Below, piece by piece: positions 50,973 to 62,098 of a stretch of DNA of 64,000 nt. How positions within the stretch are numbered: position 1 is the stretch's first letter; each line of letters begins with the position of its first letter. The notes beneath the pieces are model-generated. The model made no database searches. It was not told the origin of the DNA and saw only the letters and a program-made list of their open reading frames with translations. Where the stretch lies: positions 73-64,072 of the forward strand of contig CAMSWH010000001.1 of NCBI GenBank assembly GCA_947064765.1, in the 5' to 3' direction. The translations under genes and the position numbers were made by a program. The stretch comes from an uncultured Clostridium sp. Its GTDB lineage: Bacteria > Bacillota > Clostridia > TANB77 > CAG-508.

Positions 50973-53900
50973 TTATAATAATTTTATATTTTCAGGTGAT
51001 ACTATATCCTTAAATACTTCAAAAATTTTGTCATTTAAAAATATTCCACCACATGGCTTTACTTCTTCCTTATCAGTAATTTCTATTCTTACATTTATTC
51101 TATCACCACTAAAAAATTTAATTGCACCTCTTAATCTATCTTTTTGTTCTTCTGTTAAATTAGTTATATCTACATTAACAGTTTTTATTGTATTTATTTT
51201 GGTATTTGCTTTTTCTATATTTTCTAACTCTTCTGAGAATTCTTTTATATTACTTACAACAATCTTTACTGGCTCATCTTCTCTTATACTTAATCTTCCA
51301 TCTACAAAAACTATGTTATCTTCAATTATAAAATTGCTTACTTTTGAATAAACACTATCAAATATTATAATTTCTGCATTTCCATAAAAATCTTCTAAAG
51401 TTACAAACGCCATTGTAGTATTTTTTCTTGTAAATTTTTTGGTAACTTTTGAAATAATCCCTACAAATTTAACATTTTGCCCATCTTTATAATCTATAGT
51501 TTTCCCAATTGTTTCCATTTCTTCATTTATTTTTATCATGTTTAATGTAGAAATATTAGCTAATCTTTCAATAGATCCTCTTATTTTGTCAAGTGGATGT
51601 CCAGATATATATACGCCTAGCATTTCTTTTTCTAAACTAAGTAATTCCTTATCTTCCATCTCTTCTTTTTCTGTAAATTTGTATTTTTGAGTTTCTAAAT
51701 TAGCATCATCTTCATCAATTAAATCAAACATTGATACTTGATTTTCTATTTTATTTTTACTTTCATTATTTATTGTGTCAATTATTGTTTCAAATGATGC
51801 AAGTAGTGTTGCTCTTGTTTTTCCAAAATCATCAAATGCTCCTGCTTTTATTAAACTTTCTATGCATTTTTTATTAACTGCTTCATCTTTTATTCTTTCA
51901 CAAAATGATGTAAAACTTTCATATGGTCCATTTTTTTCTCTTTCTTTAACAATGCTGTCTACTGCTCCTATTCCAACATTTTTTATAGTTCCAAGTCCAA
52001 ATCTTATTTTATTATCAATAACTGTAAATCTTGTTTCACTTTCATTTATATTGGGATTTAATATTTCAATTCCCATATCTTTACAATCTTGTATATATAT
52101 TGGTATTTTATCTAAATTGCCTAAAAAACTATTTAATGTTGCTGCCATTAATTCTTCTTTATAATATGCTTTTAAGTAAGCTGTTCTATATGATATCACT
52201 GCATATGCTGCTGCATGCGATTTATTAAAAGCATACTTTGCAAATTCAGACATCTCATCAAAAATTTTATCTGCTGACTTTTCATCAATACCATTTCTAA
52301 CACATCCTGGTACTTCGATATTTCCATTCTCGTCAACTTGCCCATTAATAAAAATTTCTCTTTCTTTTGCCATAACATCAAGCTTTTTCTTTCCCATTGC
52401 ACGTCTAACTAAATCAGCTCTTCCGAAGCGAGTAGCCTGCTAAATCTCTAACTATTTGCATAACTTGTTCTTGATAAACCATACATCCATAAGTTACATT
52501 TAATATCGGTTCTAATGCTGGATGAGTATATTCGTTATGACCTGGATTCAATTTACCTTTTATATATCTAGGTATTTGATCCATAGGACCTGGACGGTAT
52601 AGTGAAACTCCTGCTACTATATCTTCTAAACAATCTGGTTTTAATTCCTTCATAAAGTTAGTAATCCCAGCACTTTCAAACTGAAATATTCCAAAAGTTT
52701 TTCCTTCTTGCCATAATTTATAAACTTTTGGATCATCCATTTTTTCATCAAAAACAATATCAATTCCTCTGTTTTTCTTTACTATTTCTAAGCAATTCGC
52801 TATTACACTTAAAGTTCTAAGTCCTAAAAAGTCCATTTTTAAAAGTCCTAGTTCTTCAAGTAATACCATTGTATATTGAGCAACTACGTTACCATCATTT
52901 GTACATAATGGTACATATGTATCAACAGGATCTTTAGTTATAACAACTCCGGCAAGCATGAGTAGATGCATTTCTTGGCATTCCTTCTAAACCTCTTGCT
53001 ATATCTATAATATTTTTAGTAACTTCATCATTTTCATATAAATCTTTAAACTCTCTGTTTTCCTCTAAAGCTTTATCAATTGTAATACCAATTTCAAATG
53101 GTATCATTTTTGCAAGCTTATCTACATCACTATATGGAACATCTAAAACTCTTCCAACATCTCTTATAACACTCTTTGCAGACATTGTACCAAAAGTTAT
53201 AATTTGAGATACGTGGTCTCTACCATATTTTTCTGCAACATAATCTATTACTTCCTGTCTTCTCTCATCTGAAAAATCTACGTCAAAATCAGGCATACTA
53301 ATTCTATCTGGATTTAAAAATCTTTCAAAAAGTAAATTATATTTTAATGGATCTATATCTGTTATTCCTATTGCATATGCAACTATTGAACCAGCTCCAG
53401 ATCCACGTCCTGGTCCTACTGGAATTCCTACTGATTTGGCATAATGAATATAATCCCAAACAATAAGATAATAATCAACATATCCCATTTTTGAAATTAT
53501 ACCAAGTTCATATTCTGCTCTATTTTTTATAGTTTCATCATAATCTTTTCCATATCTTTCTTCAATTCCATCCCATGTAAGTTTTCTAAAATATTCTTCA
53601 TGCGTTTTAAATTCCTTTGGAACATCATAATTAGGTAATTTAGTAACACCAAATTCAAATTCAAAATTACATTTATCAGCTATTTTTACAGTATTCTCTA
53701 TTGCCTCTGGAACAGCCGAAAAATAGTCCGCCATTTCTTCTGGAGATTTTATATAAAATTCATCTGTTTCAAATTTCATTCTATCTTCATCATGAATTTT
53801 TTTAGCAGTCTGTATGCATAACAAAATTTCATGATTGTAACTATCTTCTTTTTTTAAATAATGTGCATCATTTGTTCCAACTAATGGAATATTTAATTCT

Positions 53901-54481
53901 TTTGATAAACTAATCAATTTTTGATTTACCATTACTTGTTCTGGAAGTCCATTATTTTGAATTTCTAAATAATAGTCTTCTCCAAAAAGATTTTTATGCC
54001 AAAGTGCTATTTTCTTAGCTTCTTCTAAATTATCTTTTAAAATTGCTTTATTTATACTTCCTGCTAAACAAGCACTTAAACAAATTAAACCTTCATGATA
54101 CTTTTCTAAGATTTCTAAATCAATACGTGGTTTATAATAATATCCTTCAGTAAAACTTATTGATACTAATTTTATTAAATTCTGATATCCTTCTTTATTT
54201 TTTGCAAGCAAAATAAGATGCGCATATTCGTCATCAATACCTGCATCTTTATTTAATCTACTTCTAGGTGCAACATATACTTCGCATCCTATTATAGGCT
54301 TTATTCCCTCTTTTACGCACTCTTTATAAAAATTAACCGCTCCATACATTACACCATGGTCAGTAAGTGCTATAGCCTTCATTCCTAGCTCTTTTGCTCT
54401 CTTTGGTAAATCTTTAATTCTACACATACCATCTAACAAACTATATTCACTATGCACATGTAGATGAACAAAATCTGGCAT
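50973..54481 (-). pseudogene. dnaE: DNA polymerase III alpha subunit (DnaE) split into three ORFs by two +1 frameshifts
   Basis: The PHP domain (MPDFVHLHVHSEYSLLDG), core (FLGLRTLSV...YRPGPMD) and C-terminal region (KSHAAAYAVISYRTAYLKAYY) lie in three consecutive frames (ends 54481, 52971 and 52397 mod 3 equal 1, 0 and 2). The junctions read ...HACRSCYN* versus expected HAAGVVIT, and ...GYSLRKS* versus expected GYSLGRADLVRRAMGKKK. Confidence 0.75.
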
Positions 54482-54493
54482 AAGTATTCTCCC

Positions 54494-54730
54494 TTATATT
54501 ATTTTTATAATTTCTTCTAATCCTTTTCCTTGTACAGTTGGTATTTTTAAAATTTCAAATCTTGAAACTTTATCTCCAAATTTTATTTCTACTATATCTC
54601 CAACTTTAACTTCATAACTCGGTTTTACTATTTTTCCATTTACTGCTATTCTTCCACTGTCAGCTGCATCATTTGCAACTGTTCTTCTTTTTATAACTCT
54701 ACTTACTTTTAAAAATTTATCTAGTCTCAT
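54494..54730 (-). CDS. S4-domain RNA-binding protein (Hsp15/YaaA-like)
   Basis: MRLDKFLKVSRVIKRRTVANDAADSGRIAVNGKIVKPSYEVKVGDIVEI is an S4-domain signature; 78 aa. Confidence 0.75.
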   Translation of the reverse strand: MRLDKFLKVSRVIKRRTVANDAADSGRIAVNGKIVKPSYEVKVGDIVEIKFGDKVSRFEILKIPTVQGKGLEEIIKII

Positions 54731-54764
54731 ATATTAATACCTTTCTGTTTATATATATAACTGT

Positions 54765-54840
54765 GTCACTTCGTTCCTACAGCTTAGAAATCACACAGGA
54801 TAACTAATCTATACGTCACTTTGTTCCTACAGCTTAGAAA
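54765..54840. repeat. Two direct copies of a 26-27-nt element (1 mismatch) spaced about 49 bp, in the leader of the S4-domain gene
   Basis: GTCACTTCGTTCCTACAGCTTAGAAA and GTCACTTTGTTCCTACAGCTTAGAAA; the first copy is flanked by a short inverted repeat CTGTGT(C)A...TCACACAG. Confidence 0.6.
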
Positions 54841-55727
54841 ATAAAATATTCTTTATATTTTTCAGCTAATCCTAGCCAAATATCATCATCATATAACTTA
54901 AAATACGTAAAAATTCCTTTAGCATCATCTTTATACCATTTACCATTTCTCTCTAACATTAAATTCTTAGCCTCTTTAAAAAATTCATATCTTATTTTCC
55001 CATTTCCTCTTACAGAACTATATGTTAAATTCATTAAAACTCTATCTTCTTCTAATATTCCACTTTCTATTATCTTCTTTTTTAATAATTCTATATCATA
55101 TTTTATAAGTTTTAATTCCACTTTTTCTATTTTTCCATTTTCGATATTTAGTATAACATATTCAGCTTCTCCAGTATAAAAGGGCGATACTCCACAACAT
55201 CCGCAATTTACTACTAATTTATTATTTACATATTCATACCACATTTGCTCATGAGTATGTCCAAAAATTAATGCATCTGCATCTAAATTTTTAGTATATT
55301 TATTTATTAATTCTTCATTATCCTTATGTATTTGCTCCTCTACTGATTTAGGTGATCCATGTGCAAATAAAATTCTTACTCCATCATATTCTACATACAT
55401 ATAATGTGGTAATTTTTTTATATATTCTAAATTATCTTTTGAAAGTTCATGATACATAAATTTAACGGTTCTAAATTGTATGTTTTTCCAGTCATACTGT
55501 TCTTTATCATATTCTATAAAATATTGTTCTTTATTTCCTTTTAAGACTTTATTACTTATATTTCTTACTATTTCTAATGTTTCATTTCCAAAAGGCAAAT
55601 CATTTACTAAATCTCCTAAAAAAACATAGTCTTCTACATTATTCTTTTCTGCATCTTTTATTACAGCCTTTAATGCTACACTATTTCCATGAATATCTGA
55701 AATAACTGCTACTTTTATTTTTATCAC
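54834..55727 (-). CDS. Metallophosphoesterase (calcineurin-like)
   Basis: VISDIHGN, GDLVND and GHTH motifs. Confidence 0.8.
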   Translation of the reverse strand: MIKIKVAVISDIHGNSVALKAVIKDAEKNNVEDYVFLGDLVNDLPFGNETLEIVRNISNKVLKGNKEQYFIEYDKEQYDWKNIQFRTVKFMYHELSKDNLEYIKKLPHYMYVEYDGVRILFAHGSPKSVEEQIHKDNEELINKYTKNLDADALIFGHTHEQMWYEYVNNKLVVNCGCCGVSPFYTGEAEYVILNIENGKIEKVELKLIKYDIELLKKKIIESGILEEDRVLMNLTYSSVRGNGKIRYEFFKEAKNLMLERNGKWYKDDAKGIFTYFKLYDDDIWLGLAEKYKEYFIF

Positions 55728-55870
55728 CCCTATCTTTAGTTCAATCAGATTATATCATGCTCATTTTTGTATTTCAATAAGTAATATTTTAAAAATATAA
55801 AAAGTCAAGATTTATGTTTTTTATAAATCTCGACATAATTTTTATCTATATATTCCTATTTTATTTTTTA

Positions 55871-56353
55871 TTATCTATATCTTCTATACATATTATTTGT
55901 ATTGTTTGTATTTGCTATAGAATTATCATTTTCTGATAATGAATTTGGTATAAAATTTTCATTATTAAAGCTAAATGTATTTGGATTAAATCCTGAAAAA
56001 TTATTATTTAAACTAAAAGTGTTATCATTATTTTCACTACAACAAGTATTTCTTCTGCAATTATTTTCACAGTTATTATTTCTACAATTGCAATTATTAT
56101 TTTCACAACCACAGTCATCATTATTCCTATTTTGAAGTATCATAACTATATAAGCTACTATAAAAGAAATAATTGTATATACTATAGCTGCAACTACAAG
56201 TTCTGCTGTTCCACCTAATGCAAAAGCTACTACTATAAATATTGAAAAAAATATGCCTGCAACTTTATATGGACAATGTATAAAAGTTTCTAATATAGCT
56301 GATAAAATTATTGTTGCTATAGGAATTGCAAAAAAAATTAGTAAAACATTCAT
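55871..56353 (-). CDS. Membrane protein with an Asn/Cys-rich low-complexity C-terminal tail
   Basis: Two N-terminal TM helices followed by CGCENNNCNCRNNNCENNCRRNTCCSENN... and Asn-rich repeats. Confidence 0.45.
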   Translation of the reverse strand: MNVLLIFFAIPIATIILSAILETFIHCPYKVAGIFFSIFIVVAFALGGTAELVVAAIVYTIISFIVAYIVMILQNRNNDDCGCENNNCNCRNNNCENNCRRNTCCSENNDNTFSLNNNFSGFNPNTFSFNNENFIPNSLSENDNSIANTNNTNNMYRRYR

Positions 56354-56438
56354 ACTATAAATACCCCCTATTTTTTTATAGACTATTTATAATATAATAT
56401 TCTACTAATTTTCATTTGTTACCATAATTTATGTTCTA

Positions 56439-56966
56439 TTATACCTTTTCAGAATATTGTTTTTTTAATATATCATATCTAAAAATCGCAATTAAAGTAG
56501 ATACAAAAACAAATACTGATGAAATTGAAGCTGTATATGCACTTACTACAAAATTATATATTATCCATAAAAAAGCTTGTATCAAATTAAGTTTTCTTAT
56601 GTTTTTCATGTTTTTTGAAGCTACTATTAAAGCATATGTTATTCCGCATCCTATTGCCATTAGACTATAAATATTATTATATGTAATAATTCCTCCAATT
56701 AAAGTTACTATAATAAATATTACTGTTAAACCTTTAGATATTGTCTTATCTTTTTTAGTGTACATGTATGCTACTATTGTAATAACTAATCCAATAGCTT
56801 GAGTTATTGTTCCCGAATATGCACCTAAAATTATAAAGTTAATGCTATATAATATTTTTGCAACTATATTTAATATTAAATATAAATTTTTCTTACTTTT
56901 TACTTGTATCGCACCTATCATTATTATAGATGCTATTAAACCTATTACTTGTGCTAAAATATTCAT
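56439..56966 (-). CDS. Small polytopic membrane protein (YgjV/PnuC-like size), hypothetical
   Basis: Five to six TM helices; 175 aa. Confidence 0.4.
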   Translation of the reverse strand: MNILAQVIGLIASIIMIGAIQVKSKKNLYLILNIVAKILYSINFIILGAYSGTITQAIGLVITIVAYMYTKKDKTISKGLTVIFIIVTLIGGIITYNNIYSLMAIGCGITYALIVASKNMKNIRKLNLIQAFLWIIYNFVVSAYTASISSVFVFVSTLIAIFRYDILKKQYSEKV

Positions 56967-56993
56967 ATTTTCTCCATTTCTAATTTTATATTT

Positions 56994-57728
56994 TTAATAC
57001 ATAACTTCTACAAGACATAAACCTCTTGCTGGTAAAGTTTTTCCAGCTTTTGTTCGCTCTCTACTTTCTATTATATTTGCTATTTCTTCTGGCTTTATCT
57101 TATCTATTCCTACATCTAAAAGAGTTCCTGATATTATTCTTACCATATTATATAAAAATCCACTTCCTGTAAGTTCTATATAAATTCTATCATTATCTTC
57201 AATCACTTCTGCTTTATATATTGTTCTTACACTGCTTTTACTAGATGTTCCACTTGCTTTAAAAGCCTTAAAATCATGTTCTCCCTCAAATTCTTTAGCA
57301 GCTTTTTTCATATTTTCTACATTTAATTTAATTGGAAAATGATATTCAAAATCTCTATATATTGCACTTCCATATTTTGAATTATTTATTGTATATCTAT
57401 ATTTTTTTGATTTAACAGAATATCTACTATGAAATCTCTCTTCTACTTCTTCTGCTGACTTTATTACTATACTTTGTTTTAATTTAGAATTTATTGCAAT
57501 AGGGAATTTTTCTATATCTATACTACTATTAGTTTTAAAATTAGCAGTCTGCCCTAAGCTATGAACACCGGCATCTGTTCTTCCAGAAGCTATTAATTCT
57601 ATTTCTTCTCCTGTTATCTCTCCTATAGCTTTTTCTATCTCACCTTGAATATTTAATTTATTAGGCTGTTTTTGCCAACCATTAAAACCTTTCCCATCAT
57701 ATTCTATTATTAATTTTATGTTTCTCAT
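56994..57728 (-). CDS. truA: tRNA pseudouridine(38-40) synthase
   Basis: MRNIKLIIEYDGKGFNGWQKQPN...GRTDAGVHS is a canonical TruA N-terminus with the catalytic Asp. Confidence 0.95.
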   Translation of the reverse strand: MRNIKLIIEYDGKGFNGWQKQPNKLNIQGEIEKAIGEITGEEIELIASGRTDAGVHSLGQTANFKTNSSIDIEKFPIAINSKLKQSIVIKSAEEVEERFHSRYSVKSKKYRYTINNSKYGSAIYRDFEYHFPIKLNVENMKKAAKEFEGEHDFKAFKASGTSSKSSVRTIYKAEVIEDNDRIYIELTGSGFLYNMVRIISGTLLDVGIDKIKPEEIANIIESRERTKAGKTLPARGLCLVEVMY

Positions 57729-58040
57729 TATTACTCTCCGTTAGTTTTCAAGTTTTTAATATTTTACAAGTATATTTTACTTTTCGAATTAGTACAGCTG
57801 TTGTACAGCCATACTAATTTTATTTACGTTTTTATAATATCATAAACAAATTATTCGAGCAATAAAAATAACCTATTTCTTCTATAATATTCCATATAAT
57901 TAACTAACGTATAAAGTATATAAACATCATATTGATTTACTTGTTCTATTATGATAGAATTTCATCAAATAGTAATATACATTATAAAAATTTCAAAAGA
58001 TAAATTAAAAATATATATTTTTTATAGAGGTGAGATTAAA

Positions 58041-58610
58041 ATGGATTTATTAGAAGAAGCAAAAAGCTCTAATAAACAAGCCTACAATGAGCTTGTTTCA
58101 AAATATAATCACATTTTTTACAAAACAGCTAGAGTTTATTTTCTTCTTGATGAAGATGTTTATACAGTTCTACAAGCTTCATTATCGCAAACATTTCGTG
58201 AACTTATAAATGTAAAAACAGAAAAAGACTTTTTATTTTTAGCAGAAAAAATATTAATTAAAAACTGTGAAAATTTAAAACAAACTTATTCTAAAGACAT
58301 AGATAGAAAAATAAATTCTAAACAATTAAGTCTAAATATTGGAGATAAAATAACATCTACAGAAACTATTGTAGGTTCTGAAGAATATAAAGCATATAGG
58401 AAATCTTCTATTGTAGAAGAATACATCACAAGTATTGAAGAAGATTGTAGATTAATTGCCTTATTATACTATTATGCAGATTTTTCAATTTCTGAAATTT
58501 CTGTACTTCTTAAAATACCTAACTCAACTATAACAAACAAAGTAGATAAGATAAGAATAAAAATATATGAAATGATAAAAAATAAGGAGGTTGATTTATA
58601 TAATGAATAA
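58041..58610 (+). CDS. Sigma-70 family (ECF-like) RNA polymerase sigma factor
   Basis: Region-4 helix-turn-helix ISEISVLLKIPNSTITNKVDKIRIKIYEMI. It overlaps the downstream gene by 8 nt. Confidence 0.6.
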   Translation: MDLLEEAKSSNKQAYNELVSKYNHIFYKTARVYFLLDEDVYTVLQASLSQTFRELINVKTEKDFLFLAEKILIKNCENLKQTYSKDIDRKINSKQLSLNIGDKITSTETIVGSEEYKAYRKSSIVEEYITSIEEDCRLIALLYYYADFSISEISVLLKIPNSTITNKVDKIRIKIYEMIKNKEVDLYNE

Positions 58611-59655
58611 TTTTGATGAACTACATAAAGAGCAAGATGAATTTATAAAAAACACTTTAAAAGAAGATAAAGTTATAAGTCAACCAGTACTTGATAATTT
58701 TACTAATTATATTGAAAATTCTAATATAAAAGTAAAAAAATATACACATAAACAAAAAAATATTTTTATTTTAGTTATAATTATTTTAATAATTTTAGTT
58801 ATTACAGTAAGTTTTGCATTATTAAATAAACCTTACTGTACTTCTGAAAAACCAAATGCTGATTTATTTTTGAGTAATACAGTAGAAAACAAAATAGAAA
58901 ATAAAATATCAAATAGTATTACTAATGAAAGTAATACATCATCTACCAATACTAGTGAAAACAAATCAAAAGATACTAATTCTATTATGGTTGAAATTGA
59001 ATCTAACACTACTTCAACTAATAGTATTATTGTATCAACTCAAACTAAAAAACCTGATAATTTAAATTTATCTGATGAAGATTTAAAAGATTTACAAAAA
59101 CTTATTGAAAGCTATTCTATTGGTATTAAAAGAATATCATATGATGAAGAAACTTTAGAAAGTAACACAATTTTACTTTTAATCGCAAAAGAATATTTTG
59201 ATTCTCATTCTTCAAAATCTTCTTTAAAAGTAGATACTACCTATGCTGCAACACTTGAAAATATGCATAAATATTTAACAGAATTAACTGGAAATGATTA
59301 TTCAAATATTCCTTATATATCTGCATATAGTAACTATATAGGATATTCCACAACATCAAAAACTTATCTTTTAGGAAAAGATTATAATATAATTACTAAA
59401 GAAAAATATGAATGTTCTGATTTAGAAATAACTGATAATTCAGATGGATTATATACAGCAAAAGCTAATGTAACTAGAACTTTAAACAAAGAAAATACTA
59501 AATATGAAATTACAATTACTTTTAAAATAAATTCAGATTATACTTATGAAAAATTTAATATAAAATCACTAAAGGCAAGAAATATATCCTTCTACAATGA
59601 CAATACTGTACATTTAGTTGATCAACCTGACATTGTAGAAGAAGATGAGAACTAG
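58603..59655 (+). CDS. Putative membrane-anchored anti-sigma factor
   Basis: It is translationally coupled to the sigma gene. It has a cytoplasmic N-terminus, one TM helix (IFILVIIILIILVITVSFALL) and a Ser/Thr/Asn-rich linker plus an extracellular domain. Confidence 0.5.
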   Translation: MNNFDELHKEQDEFIKNTLKEDKVISQPVLDNFTNYIENSNIKVKKYTHKQKNIFILVIIILIILVITVSFALLNKPYCTSEKPNADLFLSNTVENKIENKISNSITNESNTSSTNTSENKSKDTNSIMVEIESNTTSTNSIIVSTQTKKPDNLNLSDEDLKDLQKLIESYSIGIKRISYDEETLESNTILLLIAKEYFDSHSSKSSLKVDTTYAATLENMHKYLTELTGNDYSNIPYISAYSNYIGYSTTSKTYLLGKDYNIITKEKYECSDLEITDNSDGLYTAKANVTRTLNKENTKYEITITFKINSDYTYEKFNIKSLKARNISFYNDNTVHLVDQPDIVEEDEN

Positions 59656-59668
59656 GAAATTTTAGTAT

Positions 59669-60520
59669 ATGAGTATAAAATTAGTTGCTAGCGATTTAGA
59701 TGGCACAATTATTGATAGAAATAATAATATTTCAGAAAAAAACTTTAAAGCCATAGATAAACTTCATGAAAAGAATATTGATTTTGCAATTTGTACAGGA
59801 AAATCTTATTCTGTTTCAAAAAAAGTTTGTGAGCAATTTAATGCAAACTTTGGCATTTTTGGAAATGGAACACAAATAATAGATTTTCGTACAGGTAAAG
59901 AACTACTTAGAAATACTTTATCTAAAGAAGATTTATTGTTCTGTAGCACTCTTGCAAAACGTTACAATTTTCATATTCATCTTTATACAGATAATGAAAT
60001 TATAACAGAAGAATTAAAATATATGGATTTAAGAAATTTCTTACTTAGAAATAAAAATTCTACAGAAGGATTAAAATTTAAAATTGTAGATGACATTATA
60101 GGCTATATAGAAAAAAATCCTATAGAAGTATTTTCGGCAGTTGTATCAACAGAATCTGCTATACTTCCAAGCTTTGAAAAACTTTTATCTATAAACAAAA
60201 ACATTGTATATACCTATATTAGTAAAAGAGGAAAATATCGTGATACAACTATAAACAAAGATTATGAATACTTAAATATCTCCCCTCTTCATATTAATAA
60301 AAATGAAGCATTAAATTTTTTAGCAACTCACTTAGAAATTGCAAAAAAAGATATGCTTGCAATTGGTGATAATGTAAATGATTTAGAAATGGTTAAAGAA
60401 GCTGGTATTGGAGTTGCTGTAAAAGATGCTTATGACGATTTAAAAAATGTTGCTAAATATGTAACTAATGCATCTGCTACAGAAGGAGCTTTTGCAGAAG
60501 CTATTGAAAAATTTATATAA
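59669..60520 (+). CDS. Cof-type HAD-IIB family hydrolase
   Basis: LVASDLDGTIID (motif I) and IGDNVNDLEM (motif IV). The terminator GAGAGTTGC...GCAACTCTC plus a T-tract is at 60551-60577. Confidence 0.85.
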   Translation: MSIKLVASDLDGTIIDRNNNISEKNFKAIDKLHEKNIDFAICTGKSYSVSKKVCEQFNANFGIFGNGTQIIDFRTGKELLRNTLSKEDLLFCSTLAKRYNFHIHLYTDNEIITEELKYMDLRNFLLRNKNSTEGLKFKIVDDIIGYIEKNPIEVFSAVVSTESAILPSFEKLLSINKNIVYTYISKRGKYRDTTINKDYEYLNISPLHINKNEALNFLATHLEIAKKDMLAIGDNVNDLEMVKEAGIGVAVKDAYDDLKNVAKYVTNASATEGAFAEAIEKFI

Positions 60521-60766
60521 AAAATAAGAAAAATTAAATTTTTTTCTTTTGAGAGTTGCTATCGCAACTCTCTTTTTTATAAATGAGTCTTTGATTATAA
60601 AAATGGTTTCATTTTTTTACTTCTAATTTTAGGTTGAAAATTTAATAAATAACTTTAGTTCATATTAAAAGCAGATATTCATATTTGAATACCTGCTTTT
60701 TTACTAAACTCATTTTAAGTATATTTTACTCACTATTAATTTTAAATAAAATTTATACAATTATAA

Positions 60767-61051
60767 CTATTTTAATAAATCTGTTTCAAATAATTTAGTT
60801 TTTTTCCAAAAAAATTCTGATTTAATAATATTATTTTTATCCCAATCCTTTATACTTGACTCTATATCTGTAACAATACTATATCCCAAACATTTATATA
60901 TGCAAGAATATTCATGTGATAGGGTAGATAAATAGAATATTGGAGGTTTATAGTTTACACATCTAAAAAAATTAATTATAAAAATTGTTTCCCATATCAA
61001 TACTAATAATACTAAAATTTTTATACTAAATTTAATTACTTTTTTTAACAT
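60767..61051 (-). CDS. Small membrane protein, hypothetical
   Basis: One to two TM helices; 94 aa. Confidence 0.35.
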   Translation of the reverse strand: MLKKVIKFSIKILVLLVLIWETIFIINFFRCVNYKPPIFYLSTLSHEYSCIYKCLGYSIVTDIESSIKDWDKNNIIKSEFFWKKTKLFETDLLK

Positions 61052-61090
61052 TATAATCCTCTAAATTTTACTTATTTTGATAACTTTTAA

Positions 61091-61957
61091 TTATTTTTTA
61101 TTCTTTTTTAATTTAGCTGTATGTATAGGTTCATTTATTAAATTTTTTATCAAGATTTTCTTAAGCACATCTTCTCTAACATCAGCAATTAATGTTCCAT
61201 CTTTAGCTATTGACATTTTTCCTGTTTCTTCTGATACAACAACTATTACTGCATCTGATTCTTTGGAAATCCCTATTGCTGCTCTATGTCTAGTTCCAAG
61301 TTCTCTTGCAATATCTTTATCATCTGCTAAAGGTAACATACAAGAGGCTGCTGCTATTTTATTATCACTTATAATTACTGCTCCATCATGAAGTGGTGTA
61401 TTAGGTTCAAAAATATTTACTAATAATTGTGGTGATATTTCTGAATTCATTATAATTCCTGTTGAAATTATATCTTGAATTTTTATATCTCTTTCAATAA
61501 CAATTAAAGCTCCTTTTTTCTGTTTTGCAAGTTCTACTGCTGCTATTGCTATTTTATAAATATTTTCTTTTTTCTTAACATTTAAATCCTCATCCATTCC
61601 AAGCATTCTGCTAAATCTGTTTGTAGTTCCTAATTGTTCTAATCCTCTTCTAAGTTCTGGTTGAAATACTATAATAAGCATTATAACACCATATGACATA
61701 AGTGATGTTAATATGTAATTTAATATATTTAATTTTAAAAAGCCACTCACAACAGTAATTACAATTAATATTAAAATTCCTTTTAATAATTGCCATGCTC
61801 TAGTTTCTTTAAGCATTTTAAAAGCTTTATAAATTAAAAATATAACTATTAATAAATCAATTATTGTTGTAACTACATTAATTGGTTGATTGGTTATATT
61901 ATTAATATATTCTAAAAATTGTGTTTCAAAAAAATTTTCAAAATTTTGACCTATCAT
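61091..61957 (-). CDS. cdaA: Diadenylate cyclase CdaA (membrane-anchored DAC-domain protein)
   Basis: Three N-terminal TM helices and a DAC domain with DGAVII and RHRAAIGIS motifs. Confidence 0.9.
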   Translation of the reverse strand: MIGQNFENFFETQFLEYINNITNQPINVVTTIIDLLIVIFLIYKAFKMLKETRAWQLLKGILILIVITVVSGFLKLNILNYILTSLMSYGVIMLIIVFQPELRRGLEQLGTTNRFSRMLGMDEDLNVKKKENIYKIAIAAVELAKQKKGALIVIERDIKIQDIISTGIIMNSEISPQLLVNIFEPNTPLHDGAVIISDNKIAAASCMLPLADDKDIARELGTRHRAAIGISKESDAVIVVVSEETGKMSIAKDGTLIADVREDVLKKILIKNLINEPIHTAKLKKNKK

Positions 61958-61984
61958 ACTTTATTTTCTCCTTAACATTATTAT

Positions 61985-62098
61985 TTTATCTAGCAAATAT
62001 ATAAAATAATAATGTTCCGAATACAGAAAATACCATTAATGCTAAAAGTATTCCTGCTAATATTTTTGTAAATAGTTTTCTTTTATCCATAATTTTCA
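61985..62098 (-). CDS. Possible 37-aa single-TM peptide upstream of cdaA (not in the ORF track; coordinates within about 2 nt)
   Basis: The reverse complement reads AAGAGGA, 6 nt, then ATG AAA ATT ATG GAT AAA AGA AAA ... (MKIMDKRKLFTKILAGILLALMVFSVFGTLLFYIFAR). Confidence 0.3.

Noticed and set aside
54765-54840. Possible minimal CRISPR array (two 26-nt direct repeats with a 23-nt spacer)
   Set aside because: There are only two copies, with one mismatch, no cas genes, and the repeats fill a 5'-UTR. This is more consistent with regulator binding sites or a small repeated element.
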